Positions 9,730-19,234 of a stretch of 64,000 nt of DNA are shown here, piece by piece. The position numbers were made by a program, and so were the translations under genes. The notes beneath the pieces were generated by a model that saw only the letters and a list, made by a program, of their open reading frames with translations, ran no database searches and was not told where the DNA came from. The first letter of the stretch is position 1. Every line of letters begins with the position of its first letter. The DNA is from Escherichia coli O157 typing phage 4. Where the stretch lies: sequence record KP869102; one strand, given 5' to 3'.

Positions 9730-10513
9730 TAATTCTGCTCCTTACTACAGGCTCGTTTGCTAAGAATACGGCTTTTGCCCAGCCACGTGGTGTGAGGCTT
9801 CGAATCATCTTCGTTCTTGCACTCTTTCCACCCAGCTTGGCGTGTTGCATGGAATACCCGCTAACCACGTCAACTATTTGCGGGACAGGTTTTGTGGCCG
9901 GGATTATAAATCCATTACCTATCCAGCCGCAAGTTATTTTTGGATAGGCATCACGTGGAGCTATAAATTCAGGAAACCATGGGTTTACATCATCTTCCGG
10001 TAAATACCCGCCATAGTCAGAAGGATGAAAACGGTAATCAGGTTTGCGCCACAGTGTGGACATAACACCTACAGGATTCTCTACATGCCACGGGCAATCG
10101 TAAATCTCTCCCAGCTCTTCCGCAACCCGAGCATCCCTTACAGCATTAATTTGGATCATGGGGTCCTTAGCCAGCTTTTTCTTAAAATGTGCAGCACCTG
10201 ATACCGCTAAATGCGTGCACGGAGGAAATGCAAGAATAAAGTCTGGAGCTGGGTACATGCAAAAAGTTTCCTGAGGGAACCATGGGTCAATCCAATAATC
10301 CACATAGTGAATGTTGGGATGATCGGTTATCACCTCTGCATAACTGCCGTGATCAGCACCTTCTGCATTAAAGCACAGGCACAGATACCCAGCTTTTGCC
10401 CAGTCAATGACTGCACCACCAGATCCGTCAAATAGGCTCCACACAACACCTTTGTGGTAGTGTTCTTTGTAGATAAATTTCAATTTGCTGTCTCCTAATG
10501 CAAAAAGCCCCAC
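9719..10513 (-). CDS. short C5-cytosine methyltransferase-like protein (no obvious target-recognition domain)
   Basis: Motif I-like LFDGSGG, motif IV-like FPPCTHLAVSG, motif VI-like ENPVGV; track start is GTG inside an upstream hairpin, TTG near 10483 with AGGAGA RBS is more likely. Confidence 0.6.
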   Translation of the reverse strand: MGLFALGDSKLKFIYKEHYHKGVVWSLFDGSGGAVIDWAKAGYLCLCFNAEGADHGSYAEVITDHPNIHYVDYWIDPWFPQETFCMYPAPDFILAFPPCTHLAVSGAAHFKKKLAKDPMIQINAVRDARVAEELGEIYDCPWHVENPVGVMSTLWRKPDYRFHPSDYGGYLPEDDVNPWFPEFIAPRDAYPKITCGWIGNGFIIPATKPVPQIVDVVSGYSMQHAKLGGKSARTKMIRSLTPRGWAKAVFLANEPVVRSRINGK

Positions 10514-10534
10514 CCTTTCGGGCAGGGCCTAGTG

Positions 10535-11017
10535 TTAAACCCGGATACCTATTGTATACTCGGTGGATACCAATGTCAAATCTAAATTTAAAATTTCTTG
10601 CATCTCATAATATGCGTCCAGGGTGAGATACATTTCCCCATCCTTTTCTACATACTTGTCCAAGTGCTTGAGGCATTTCGGATAACTATCGAGTGCAGCT
10701 TTCAGACACTCAAACTCTGTGCTGTTGATGAGTCCTTCCATCTTGGCTACCCGTTCTGGGGTAACGATAGCACTGTAGTGAGATTTAGCTTCCTGAATGC
10801 AATGGGTCCAAGCATCAACTTTCTCTTCGAAAAGCCCGAAGAATTTCTTTTTGGTGAGCTTCAGATTCTTTAAGTGCTTAAGCACTCGGTTGCCGATCAC
10901 AGCCACATCACGAAACTTAAGGATCACTTTGTCGATATCCTCGCGGCCTATTTTCACAAAGCAAGCCTCACACATTTCAGGAGCTGCGTAACCTACTTTC
11001 CACATAAAATCTGACAT
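10535..11017 (-). CDS. hypothetical protein
   Basis: ORF track 160 aa. Confidence 0.5.
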   Translation of the reverse strand: MSDFMWKVGYAAPEMCEACFVKIGREDIDKVILKFRDVAVIGNRVLKHLKNLKLTKKKFFGLFEEKVDAWTHCIQEAKSHYSAIVTPERVAKMEGLINSTEFECLKAALDSYPKCLKHLDKYVEKDGEMYLTLDAYYEMQEILNLDLTLVSTEYTIGIRV

Positions 11018-11029
11018 AACACTATCTCC

Positions 11030-11428
11030 TTATTCTTCCTGAAAAGCAACGATATCATATGAACTTGCAGACGATCCTGGTGAAGAATGACTCCAGTCTA
11101 GGTCATCAGAGTAGTCAGCGTACTGTGCACCACTACGTAGTTTATATTTTACCCACTTACCTGGTGCAGGGTTTTCACCACCTTCCCATACTTCCCAGCC
11201 TTCTGGCAGGCCGTCCTGGGAATAGTCATCCACCTCACTAATAATCTTAGGGTTTGGCACCAAGATCCCTGCAGGCTCTTCCTTCCGGATAAGTGTCCAC
11301 ACAACGTAGGTGTCTGAGCAGGCGCATGATAGCAAAGTATATCCACTATTCAGAACTTCTGCAAGCTCTTTTTCAGCATCTTCCAATTTGGTTAAGTGGT
11401 ATTGGAGAATCTTCACACCTGTAATCAT
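11030..11428 (-). CDS. hypothetical protein
   Basis: ORF track 132 aa. Confidence 0.5.
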   Translation of the reverse strand: MITGVKILQYHLTKLEDAEKELAEVLNSGYTLLSCACSDTYVVWTLIRKEEPAGILVPNPKIISEVDDYSQDGLPEGWEVWEGGENPAPGKWVKYKLRSGAQYADYSDDLDWSHSSPGSSASSYDIVAFQEE

Positions 11429-11772
11429 CAGAAACCTCCCACTTCTTCGGCAAATGCAGCTGCTGTCGTCGCTGCATCCAGATAGGACTCTAGTTCACGG
11501 GCTGCACGTTTGTAAATTGAGTGGCGAATATCGTTTGGCAGTTGGTGGAAGTCCACCTCTTCACCGTTGTGGTAAACATGCACATCAGTGATCTGTCTAA
11601 ATCCGTAATAGTCAACATCAGAATCACGGCACTCCGGGTCTGGCAACTGGACAACTGCCTGAGCTTCTACAGTGAACATATCGTCAAGTTCGAAATCGAT
11701 TTCAAAAGTGTATGGTTTATAACGTTTCATCATTTGATTGTACTCTTTATTGATCAGACTTATCTTTCGCAA
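11428..11772 (-). CDS. hypothetical protein
   Basis: ORF track 114 aa. Confidence 0.5.
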   Translation of the reverse strand: MRKISLINKEYNQMMKRYKPYTFEIDFELDDMFTVEAQAVVQLPDPECRDSDVDYYGFRQITDVHVYHNGEEVDFHQLPNDIRHSIYKRAARELESYLDAATTAAAFAEEVGGF

Positions 11773-13072
11773 TTAAGGTCGGGGCAAGTTTGTAATAACG
11801 GAAGCCACCACCACCTTGCCAGTTTACAGACTTAGAAATACCACCTTGATCTTCCCCATCGATCACTTTTTCCAAGCGCGGAATAATATGGGTATGGCAA
11901 TGATCACCAATCTCGATGGAGATCCAACGTCTTTTCATCTTGTGAGCTACAGCGGCAGTAGTTCCCGAACCACCGAATGAATCCAATACCAAATCACCTT
12001 CTCGCGTACACATTTCGAAAATCCGCTTCAAAAGCGCTTCTGGTTTTTTCCCATTTTTGAAACTAACGCCGCCTTCATTTGCTATTCCATTCCAACTAAT
12101 GTCTGTCCAAACATCAGTTATTAGTTCCGCAGGTTGCATATCACCGTCAATTTCCAAAAGCCTGTTGGAGTAAAAGACCATTTGCCTACCATTTGCGATA
12201 TAAAATCCTTCAACATCCTCATTTGGATGTACATAAACCTTATCCCTATCTTTCTTTGACTTCTCTATAGTTTCTTTTCTCTTTATTTTAGCACCACCAC
12301 CAATTGCAACAGATTGAAATACACGTTCTGCATTATCAATTGCAAATTGTGCTAATTCATCATCGAATGTGTCAGGCAGTTTTTTCTTGGCTTCTTTTGC
12401 ATCTTTATAGCCATTGGCCTTTGCAAACGCATCGGCAATACCGCACCACGTCCAATTTTTATAATGATCATCCGGGTTTAATAGGTATTTGTTATATCCG
12501 GTATCATACCCTTTAGGTATATAGATTTTGTTAAGCGGTTTCTGGGTGCGATCTTTTGCATATACAAGCAAAAAGTTTGCTGTGGAGAAAACTGTGGCTC
12601 CTGTTGCCTTAAATCCCGAAGGGGAATTTGTGGTCATCGATATGGTATTTAACTGATTTGCACGACCAAAAATCTCGTCCATCAAAACTTTTAAATACGC
12701 CATTTCGCAATCATCTAAGTGAACGAATATTACCCCGTCATCACTTAGAAGATTACGAATTATTTCTAACCTATCCCTCATTAAGCCCAACCAAATGGAA
12801 TGCTCCAGACTATCATCGTAGTGCTCAAAAGCCCTCCCGGTGTTGAATGGTGGGTCTATGTAAACACACTTCACTTTGCCTGCGTACTCTTGCTCTAGCG
12901 CCTTCAATGCTAATAAGTTATCTCCAAAAATCAGCTTATTATCAAAAATATCGTTTTCGGTAACTCTCTGGCTGTGGTAAGACTTACTCGAATCTTCTAA
13001 CAAAATGTGCGGCTCTAATTTTTTGCGCTCGTTTTTACCTATCCAGGTAAGTTCTAATTTGGTTTTGCTCAT
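11747..13072 (-). CDS. DNA amino-methyltransferase (N6-adenine or N4-cytosine), beta-class motif order
   Basis: 441 aa; motif IV VYIDPPFNTG near N-terminus, motif I DSFGGSGTT near C-terminus. Confidence 0.8.
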   Translation of the reverse strand: MSKTKLELTWIGKNERKKLEPHILLEDSSKSYHSQRVTENDIFDNKLIFGDNLLALKALEQEYAGKVKCVYIDPPFNTGRAFEHYDDSLEHSIWLGLMRDRLEIIRNLLSDDGVIFVHLDDCEMAYLKVLMDEIFGRANQLNTISMTTNSPSGFKATGATVFSTANFLLVYAKDRTQKPLNKIYIPKGYDTGYNKYLLNPDDHYKNWTWCGIADAFAKANGYKDAKEAKKKLPDTFDDELAQFAIDNAERVFQSVAIGGGAKIKRKETIEKSKKDRDKVYVHPNEDVEGFYIANGRQMVFYSNRLLEIDGDMQPAELITDVWTDISWNGIANEGGVSFKNGKKPEALLKRIFEMCTREGDLVLDSFGGSGTTAAVAHKMKRRWISIEIGDHCHTHIIPRLEKVIDGEDQGGISKSVNWQGGGGFRYYKLAPTLIAKDKSDQ

Positions 13073-13133
13073 CGTTTGGTGCTCTCCTTAGTTTTTTGTG
13101 GGGAGGAGGCCTCCCCTTTATACTCACATCTTA

Positions 13134-13475
13134 CTACTCAAGGTCTTCAGAGTCAAGCTCAAAAAGAATCAAACTGTGCATGCCTGCAGAGAGATCAACA
13201 CACCCTGCAACAATAAGGGTCTGATAGTAAGGTTCAGCACCCTCGATGTCTTCGTTAAAATCCACAACAAGGTAGTCACCTTTGTTAAAGGTGTATTTGT
13301 CCGATGTGAATGCAAAACCTGCCCAGTCCCCTACTGCAGGATCTTTATCAGTCACCTTTGTTAGCAGTAGATCTTTTTCACGAGATCTTTTAGTAAAATC
13401 GTGAATCACAACATCCTTCTCTTCAGGAGTTGGATTGCCACACACGTAGTTAACGATATTTCTCCACAAACTCAT
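13134..13475 (-). CDS. hypothetical protein
   Basis: ORF track 113 aa. Confidence 0.5.
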   Translation of the reverse strand: MSLWRNIVNYVCGNPTPEEKDVVIHDFTKRSREKDLLLTKVTDKDPAVGDWAGFAFTSDKYTFNKGDYLVVDFNEDIEGAEPYYQTLIVAGCVDLSAGMHSLILFELDSEDLE

Positions 13476-14842
13476 ACGTCCCCCTCTTCGGCTCTGGTTT
13501 CAAAATCTTTCCTGACAATTTTGTCTAAGTCAGGGAATGTTGTATTGTAAAACTCTACGACTCGCGGGTCAACAATAATGTCAACTTCTCTTAGTGGACG
13601 CAACAAGTTTATTCCTTGTATTGTCTTAACTCTGCTCAAAGCGACATACGTCATCCCAGGAGAGAAAGCTCCGTTCTTTCCAAGGTCTAGGTTGTAACAA
13701 TCTAGCGTAAGTCCTTGACTTTTATGAGATGTTACGGCGTACCCAGATTTCAGAGGAAGTTGCTTGTATGACCCAATCACTACCCTCTCTATAAACTTCT
13801 CCATCTTCCTTTCTGCAATGTTGTATCTCTGAGATGGCTTATACTCGTTATTCTCCCACAACCTCTGCTCTATGTCAACCTGTGTTCCATCTTCAAGCTC
13901 TACCACCACCGCCTTGTTCTTAAATTTAACAATTGTGGCACGTGTTCCGTTAACATAATAAGGTACTTTGTGCGTCGGGTCAACATCGTTGGCGGTTATC
14001 ATAACTTTCATGCCAATTTTCAACTTCATCTCCTGCTCAACTGGCAGGGTGGAGGGAAACTTACCCTTCATTTCCCCAGTGTATACCTTCTCCGGGGCGT
14101 TGATGGCATCATAGAACCTTCTGTTCACTTCCTCTGCTTGTTTGTTGGTGGCGCAAATTGTGAGAGCGTCTGTTGGTACACCGCCTTTGTAACAGCGAGC
14201 ATTAAGTTCTGCTACAACCTCTTTTATGCGACGACCCTCACGAACACAGTTGAGCATTGTGGCAAATCGAATAGACTCCTGTCGGAACTGATCTATTAGG
14301 GCTATGTTGTGGAGGTCAAGCTCTTTCCAAGATTCGGTATAGCAACACAGGTCTGTATGGTAGAAGTTGAAGTAGGCTTCCTTCTCCATAGAAGAGACAA
14401 CAGGAGGTGCCTGGTAAAAATCGCCAAACAATATGACCTGTATGCCTCCGAAAGGTTTGTCATTTTTTCGAAGGAAGCGAAGTTTCCTATCCATCTCTAT
14501 AAACTTATCAGCACGGATCATAGAGATTTCATCGATAATCAGGATGGTAAATGCCTTGCTTTTCAAAGGCTTTGCTGTTTTTGCCCTTATTGCGGTCCAG
14601 TCTGACTCCATGCTCACACCTGCTGCAAGATCGAAGGTTCGGTGTGCTGTTGCTCCATTAACGTTTAAAGCGGCTACCCCTGTCGGGGCAACCGTTATGC
14701 AAGAGTCTCCATACATTGACTGGATCATGTTGATGAGGTACGTCTTCCCACAACCTGCGGGTCCTGAAACGAAGACATTCTCACCGCTCATGATTGCAAC
14801 GAGGGCAGCATCTGTGCCTACATCATACTGCCCTTTTTCCAT
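13472..14842 (-). CDS. SF1 DNA helicase, Dda/Pif1/RecD-like
   Basis: 456 aa; Walker A GPAGCGKT; IIDEISMI; C-terminal YAVTSHKSQGLTLD. Confidence 0.85.
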   Translation of the reverse strand: MEKGQYDVGTDAALVAIMSGENVFVSGPAGCGKTYLINMIQSMYGDSCITVAPTGVAALNVNGATAHRTFDLAAGVSMESDWTAIRAKTAKPLKSKAFTILIIDEISMIRADKFIEMDRKLRFLRKNDKPFGGIQVILFGDFYQAPPVVSSMEKEAYFNFYHTDLCCYTESWKELDLHNIALIDQFRQESIRFATMLNCVREGRRIKEVVAELNARCYKGGVPTDALTICATNKQAEEVNRRFYDAINAPEKVYTGEMKGKFPSTLPVEQEMKLKIGMKVMITANDVDPTHKVPYYVNGTRATIVKFKNKAVVVELEDGTQVDIEQRLWENNEYKPSQRYNIAERKMEKFIERVVIGSYKQLPLKSGYAVTSHKSQGLTLDCYNLDLGKNGAFSPGMTYVALSRVKTIQGINLLRPLREVDIIVDPRVVEFYNTTFPDLDKIVRKDFETRAEEGDV

Positions 14843-16047
14843 TACGCCTCCTCGTAAAGAATGTCGATAGTGTTACCGTCTCGGTCAACCACGTATTCAA
14901 TCGGGTCTCCGTCCTTGCGTGCTTCCGGAGCTACCACAATCTCATAGCGGCATGCACGGCACTTAGCGCTATTGTGTTGGTATGGCACACTAACCACATC
15001 TGCAGGGTCAACCATGACAGTCATTACAGTGCCGTAGCTCTTCGCATACTCTTTGCTGGCGCAGTGTAAGCCATAGGAGCACGCAGCTTCAGGATCATCC
15101 TCTACAAAGTTACGAGGCATGGATACAAAAGCACCTTGGTATTGTGGGACTTTACCACTGTGCCAATCCACCCACTTGCTACCGTTAAACTGAACCCCTT
15201 TGTAGCAAATGATTCGACCATCTTCTGCAATCTGAATATCATTGGCCTGCATAAAATCGTAGAGCATGTTTACAGATTTTGCAGAAGGATTGCGTAGCAG
15301 GCGAACGAGGAATTTCACATAGCGGTCATCCAGCGTTCCGTCTGCATAATCTTTCTCAATTTTCTTTGCAATGGTGGATCGCATCTCTACACCGTAGTAG
15401 TAGAGCTTACCATCTTTCATGATCAGGTTGTCTGCAAGTGTGGTGAACTCATTCTTGCGTTCCAGCCAGACAAGGATTTCACCAATTGCCTCGTCATATT
15501 CCTGAACAGAGATATGGTCGAAGACTTTCTGGTAAACTTCCTCACTTTCGCTGCGGCGAATTTCAAAAATGCCTTCGTTGCAGGTGATCTGGAGGAGTTC
15601 CCCACAAATAACTACCAAAGGCTCGATGCTTCGAGTTTGTTGCTGAGACACACTGCTCACCACCTCCAGCACCGGATCTTTGACTTCTACTAAAGGTTCT
15701 TCTGACTTGATTGCCACCCCAGTGAACCCCACACCGTGAACAACACACAGTGGGTATACCACGCCCCAACGTTTAACGGAACCTTCGCCTAAGTCTAAGA
15801 TCATGGCGTACTTACCATTATCTTCCAATCCATAGCGGAATAAACGGGCCTCTTCGCGGGTTTCAAAATCCTCACGGGTGTAGCAGACGCTGTCACGGTC
15901 AGGATCGAACAACTCTGGGGCACCCACTGCCAGTGTCCAGGTTGTGTCGCCTTTCTCAATGGCACATGTGAAACCCTTCTTCTCAAGTTCTGCACGGCGG
16001 TCTCGTGCTTCTTTACGGGTTTTGAAATGTTCGTAGATGAAAATCAT
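14842..16047 (-). CDS. hypothetical protein, putative rIIB-like (by position next to rIIA-like gene)
   Basis: 401 aa; ATG with AAGGAGA RBS; the contig overlap places it directly downstream of the rIIA-like gene; no diagnostic motif. Confidence 0.5.
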   Translation of the reverse strand: MIFIYEHFKTRKEARDRRAELEKKGFTCAIEKGDTTWTLAVGAPELFDPDRDSVCYTREDFETREEARLFRYGLEDNGKYAMILDLGEGSVKRWGVVYPLCVVHGVGFTGVAIKSEEPLVEVKDPVLEVVSSVSQQQTRSIEPLVVICGELLQITCNEGIFEIRRSESEEVYQKVFDHISVQEYDEAIGEILVWLERKNEFTTLADNLIMKDGKLYYYGVEMRSTIAKKIEKDYADGTLDDRYVKFLVRLLRNPSAKSVNMLYDFMQANDIQIAEDGRIICYKGVQFNGSKWVDWHSGKVPQYQGAFVSMPRNFVEDDPEAACSYGLHCASKEYAKSYGTVMTVMVDPADVVSVPYQHNSAKCRACRYEIVVAPEARKDGDPIEYVVDRDGNTIDILYEEA

Positions 16048-16120
16048 CTTGGTCTCCTTATTTGATGTTATTCTTTGTATCGATCAGTTCACGGTATTCA
16101 ATCATAGCAGGAGTGTCCCA

Positions 16121-16130
16121 NNNNNNNNNN
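16121..16130. other. assembly gap (N10)
   Basis: Run of 10 N. Confidence 0.95.
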
Positions 16131-16440
16131 CTCAATGGTGACTACGTGCAGTGTTTTAGCCACGCCCAGTGGGTCGTCTACCTTAAACCCGCGATCCAGG
16201 ATGATCTGCAACGCATTGATGCTATGCCCCGTTTCCACACCGATAGGGTCGTAAGAGGATTTACGCTTGCCACCGGAGCCTTGAGTGCCGTTCTCTGCCT
16301 TAGGGGGATAGGCTTTGAAACCACTGATAATGTTTCCGGTGTCTTTGTCAACAATGGCTGCAACACGACCACCTACCACCAGATCTTTAAGCTGCTCATC
16401 GGTGACAACCATAGCACCTTCGCCAATCTTGTGGTCATTG
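16131..16440. repeat. 310-bp near-identical copy of window 21-330 (synonymous variant contig)
   Basis: By-eye alignment: about 6-7 substitutions; track translation of 16098-16454 (-) is identical to my translation of 21-330 (-). Confidence 0.85.
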
Positions 16441-16450
16441 NNNNNNNNNN
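16441..16450. other. assembly gap (N10)
   Basis: Run of 10 N. Confidence 0.95.
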
Positions 16451-16605
16451 GCACGATTGCATACCTTTGACAGATAATCTCATTACAGAGCGTTTAAGAG
16501 CTTCCTACAAACAAATCTCTCTTTCGAGCGTAGCGAGAACGCACGTCCGTTTTGACCCAAATCACCATACGCTCGGATTTTAACCAAACCCTCGCGGCGT
16601 TTCTA

Positions 16606-16634
16606 TTGACACATTACCGCTCCAGTGATAATAT
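16606..16634 (+). promoter_or_regulatory. sigma70-type promoter (TTGACA-17-TAATAT)
   Basis: -35 TTGACA at 16606-16611, 17-nt spacer, -10 TAATAT at 16629-16634; ATG at 16667 follows. Confidence 0.5.
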
Positions 16635-16666
16635 CCACACATAGTTTGTAGAATATGGGGTACACT

Positions 16667-16756
16667 ATGAGAACATTGTCCGAAGTTTTGGTGGTGATCC
16701 TGATGATCATTACGTCCATAGCGGCTGTTGCCGGAATACTCACGGGTGGAACATGA
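16667..16756 (+). CDS. hypothetical 29-aa hydrophobic micropeptide
   Basis: Manual ORF MRTLSEVLVVILMIITSIAAVAGILTGGT just downstream of the promoter; weak RBS. Confidence 0.35.
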   Translation: MRTLSEVLVVILMIITSIAAVAGILTGGT

Positions 16757-16965
16757 TAAACACACATGCATCTGAAGAGACATCCAAAGGAGTGACTATA
16801 TGTCCCTTGGCTGAGCCAGTGAAAGAGGAAAACTTCGATTCTGAAGATTCTCCATCTTCGCTCCAGGTAGATCCTGAGGCTGATGACCTAACGTGGGAAG
16901 ACATCGTAGATATCTGGTTCTCTATTATGCCTGAGCACGAAGAGTTCAGGGGTGGTAGACTATGA
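16753..16965 (+). CDS. hypothetical acidic protein
   Basis: ORF track 70 aa; same strand as promoter; no clear RBS. Confidence 0.3.
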   Translation: MINTHASEETSKGVTICPLAEPVKEENFDSEDSPSSLQVDPEADDLTWEDIVDIWFSIMPEHEEFRGGRL

Positions 16966-17086
16966 AGCACCGAGCCCACACAGGTTCCTCATGCTAAAGC
17001 ATGGCCTGAAGAGGCAAACGTGCATAATTCCTGTACATTGGGACGTATAAAACCCTGTTCACATTCTCATTTCCAGAGGAGATTTC

Positions 17087-17302
17087 ATGAAGATAGAAAT
17101 ATTTGGTGGAGCTGACAATACTCGTGGCCTGATTTACCTTGAATTCGATGAATCATACCTGCCAGAGGTGTTAAATATGGACTCTGTTGCTGATGCTTTG
17201 GGAGTAAGTCCTAAAGATCTCTACTCTGGTGCTGAGATTGATGGTTGGGAGGAGACCATGAACATTGATTTCAGTGAAGTAGGTGATGAACCACTGGACT
17301 GA
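17087..17302 (+). CDS. hypothetical acidic protein
   Basis: ORF track 71 aa; RBS AGGAGA upstream of ATG. Confidence 0.5.
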   Translation: MKIEIFGGADNTRGLIYLEFDESYLPEVLNMDSVADALGVSPKDLYSGAEIDGWEETMNIDFSEVGDEPLD

Positions 17303-18142
17303 CACACAATTAGCTACCCGGCTAAAGTGCTGGGAGCACCTATAACACATCTTTCAACTAAATTTCCTACCACCACAATCACTTACCTCCCACACATGAC
17401 TGTTTGCTTGTTTAGTGAGCAGTCATGCCTTGACATTCTTGCCTATCCTGATAAAATTAAGTTCTTCTCTTTTCTTTTACCGAGTAATTCGGGTTTTCTG
17501 TTCTCTTCGGTTTGAAGGGGTATGGAGATACACCTGAGTGAACAGGGTGAACAACCGAACATTTGGCTATGGCATTAGCATGGCGAAGCGGACGGGTGAC
17601 GAAAGAGGGGCCGGAGGACACCAGTCACTGCCATATGGTATATGGGTGATAACCTGAAGAGTCTGAATAAGTGTTTAAGTACCAGTCAGAGGAAAAGGTG
17701 AATGGTAGCCGAAGGGGGAGGGGGGTTTCTTGTATCTTTAATTTGTATATTATGTATACACTTGTAAACCAATCTCATTTGAATTTGTTTACCACACAAA
17801 GTGGATAGAGACAAATATTACCTATTAAACTTGAATTATTTATAGAAAATACCACAACACTACTTAAGTCTTTGATTTTACACACAAATCCTGCAGATAT
17901 TCACCCTCCATATTTAACATACTTGTAACATATTCCATACTCTACCTGCCCGATCAATTCACCCAACTACATCCCCATATTTTCCCTGTCTGTACTACCC
18001 CTGCCCCGCCGGGAGTCCCGTCATATCTGGCTTTCCAGCAAATATCACACCCACAAATATCATTGCCTGAAGAGGGTTTCGTCCCATAATACATGCCTTA
18101 CCTGAAGAGCGCTTCATATACCCCGTAAATTTTTTAATTGAC

Positions 18143-18172
18143 CCCCTCCCCGCCGCCGGAGGGGTCGGCTTT
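18143..18172 (+). terminator. possible intrinsic terminator hairpin (weak T-run)
   Basis: Stem CCCCTCC/GGAGGGG with loop CCGCCGCC followed by TCGGCTTTTCC. Confidence 0.25.
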
Positions 18173-18719
18173 TCCCACACAGACCTGAAGAGTCAGCCAG
18201 AAATATCTGAATGGACCCAATTCTGCCCTGTTATGAGCCGTAGCGACTGGAGTGCTGCCAGGCGGACGAAATGGGAATACTTCTCATTCTTATAACAATT
18301 CTCAAATATCGAGGCAGTGAGGCAAATTAATAGGTAAGGCCGTTCACATAGTGGCACAACATTTGCAGTCTATCTGATGTGGTTGAATGAGAATACCTAT
18401 CATTGTGAGAATAGTTATCATTACGGGCAATTTAACATAATACCCATTATGCGCACCACTGGCGATACATACAGGGATTGATAACATGAGTTACTGTTTA
18501 CGCATATAACAATTATATTTCTTATCATTTGTGTGGGATATAGTTAGCAGCCGATAGATTAGATATTGACCTGCGGACTTCTGACCGTCTAGACGTCTAA
18601 ACGCCCACACAACAAGGCTTATACATACATCGCTGAATGTAAACATGGCCGCAAAAATGCTACCATACAAGATTGTAAATTTTTCATGCAGCACTTGACA
18701 AAGAGGAGAAAAACTTGTC

Positions 18720-18762
18720 TGACACTTTAGACATACTGGTGACACAATATGACACTTTAGAC
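18720..18762. repeat. direct repeat, 2 x TGACACTTTAGAC
   Basis: Identical 13-mers at 18720-18732 and 18750-18762. Confidence 0.8.
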
Positions 18763-18779
18763 TTAATTGACATGCCTGA

Positions 18780-18956
18780 CTGTTTACGCTGTCACTATTC
18801 GCGCTATTACTATTCACTCCCTTTACTGTTCACGCTCTTACTGTTTACATGCTTAATGGTTTACATGCTTAATAGACTGCATGTCTAATAGTTTACATAG
18901 CTAACTGTTCACATACTTATCATTTACATGATTGACTGTTTACACAGAGATGATAA
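18780..18956. repeat. iteron-like array of TGTTTAC(A) motifs, including a tandem 16-bp unit
   Basis: (C)TGTTTAC at 18782, 18843, 18859, 18891, 18948 plus variants CATTTACAT, CTGTTCACAT, CTTTACTG; GTTTACATGCTTAATG twice in tandem at 18843-18874. Confidence 0.75.
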
Positions 18957-18963
18957 GCCATGA

Positions 18964-19234
18964 CATTCGTTTGCATGACAATAATTAACAAGATAACAAT
19001 TGACAAGCTAACAGCCAACAAGCTGACAATTAACTTGTTTACAATAGATGACATAATATAAAAGCAGGGCAACTATTAGAAGATCTATAGTTGCCTTGCT
19101 TGTTATGTCATGATTAACTAAATACAAGGCAACTATGATCTGATTAATAGTTTGCAAACAAACTATCACGGGGGTGATGGTTACTGCTTTTATATTATGT
19201 CGCGACTCCGTCGCGCCATGCCATTCGTTTGCAT
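18964..19234. repeat. 13-bp direct repeats CATTCGTTTGCAT bracketing the palindromic element
   Basis: Copies at 18964-18976 and 19222-19234. Confidence 0.8.
19050..19201. repeat. 152-bp element bounded by perfect 18-bp inverted repeats with nested palindromes (MITE-like or cruciform-forming)
   Basis: GACATAATATAAAAGCAG at 19050-19067 is the exact reverse complement of 19184-19201; internal inverted copies of AGGCAACTAT/ATAGTTGCCT and palindrome ATAGTTTG..CAAACTAT. Confidence 0.75.

Noticed and set aside
1-16440. Direct terminal repeat (1-330 versus 16131-16440)
   Set aside because: The second copy is flanked on both sides by N10 gaps, is only 310 bp and differs by synonymous substitutions; a terminal redundancy would be identical. 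A variant contig explains it better.
18491-18817. 108-aa minus-strand ORF across the iteron region
   Set aside because: The translation is repeat-derived and low-complexity (NSNSANSDSVNS), there is no RBS, and it spans the direct-repeat array; more likely non-coding.
18780-18956. Possible CRISPR array
   Set aside because: The repeat units are only 7-16 bp with irregular spacing, and there are no 25-40 bp unique spacers or Cas genes; this is iteron-like, not CRISPR.
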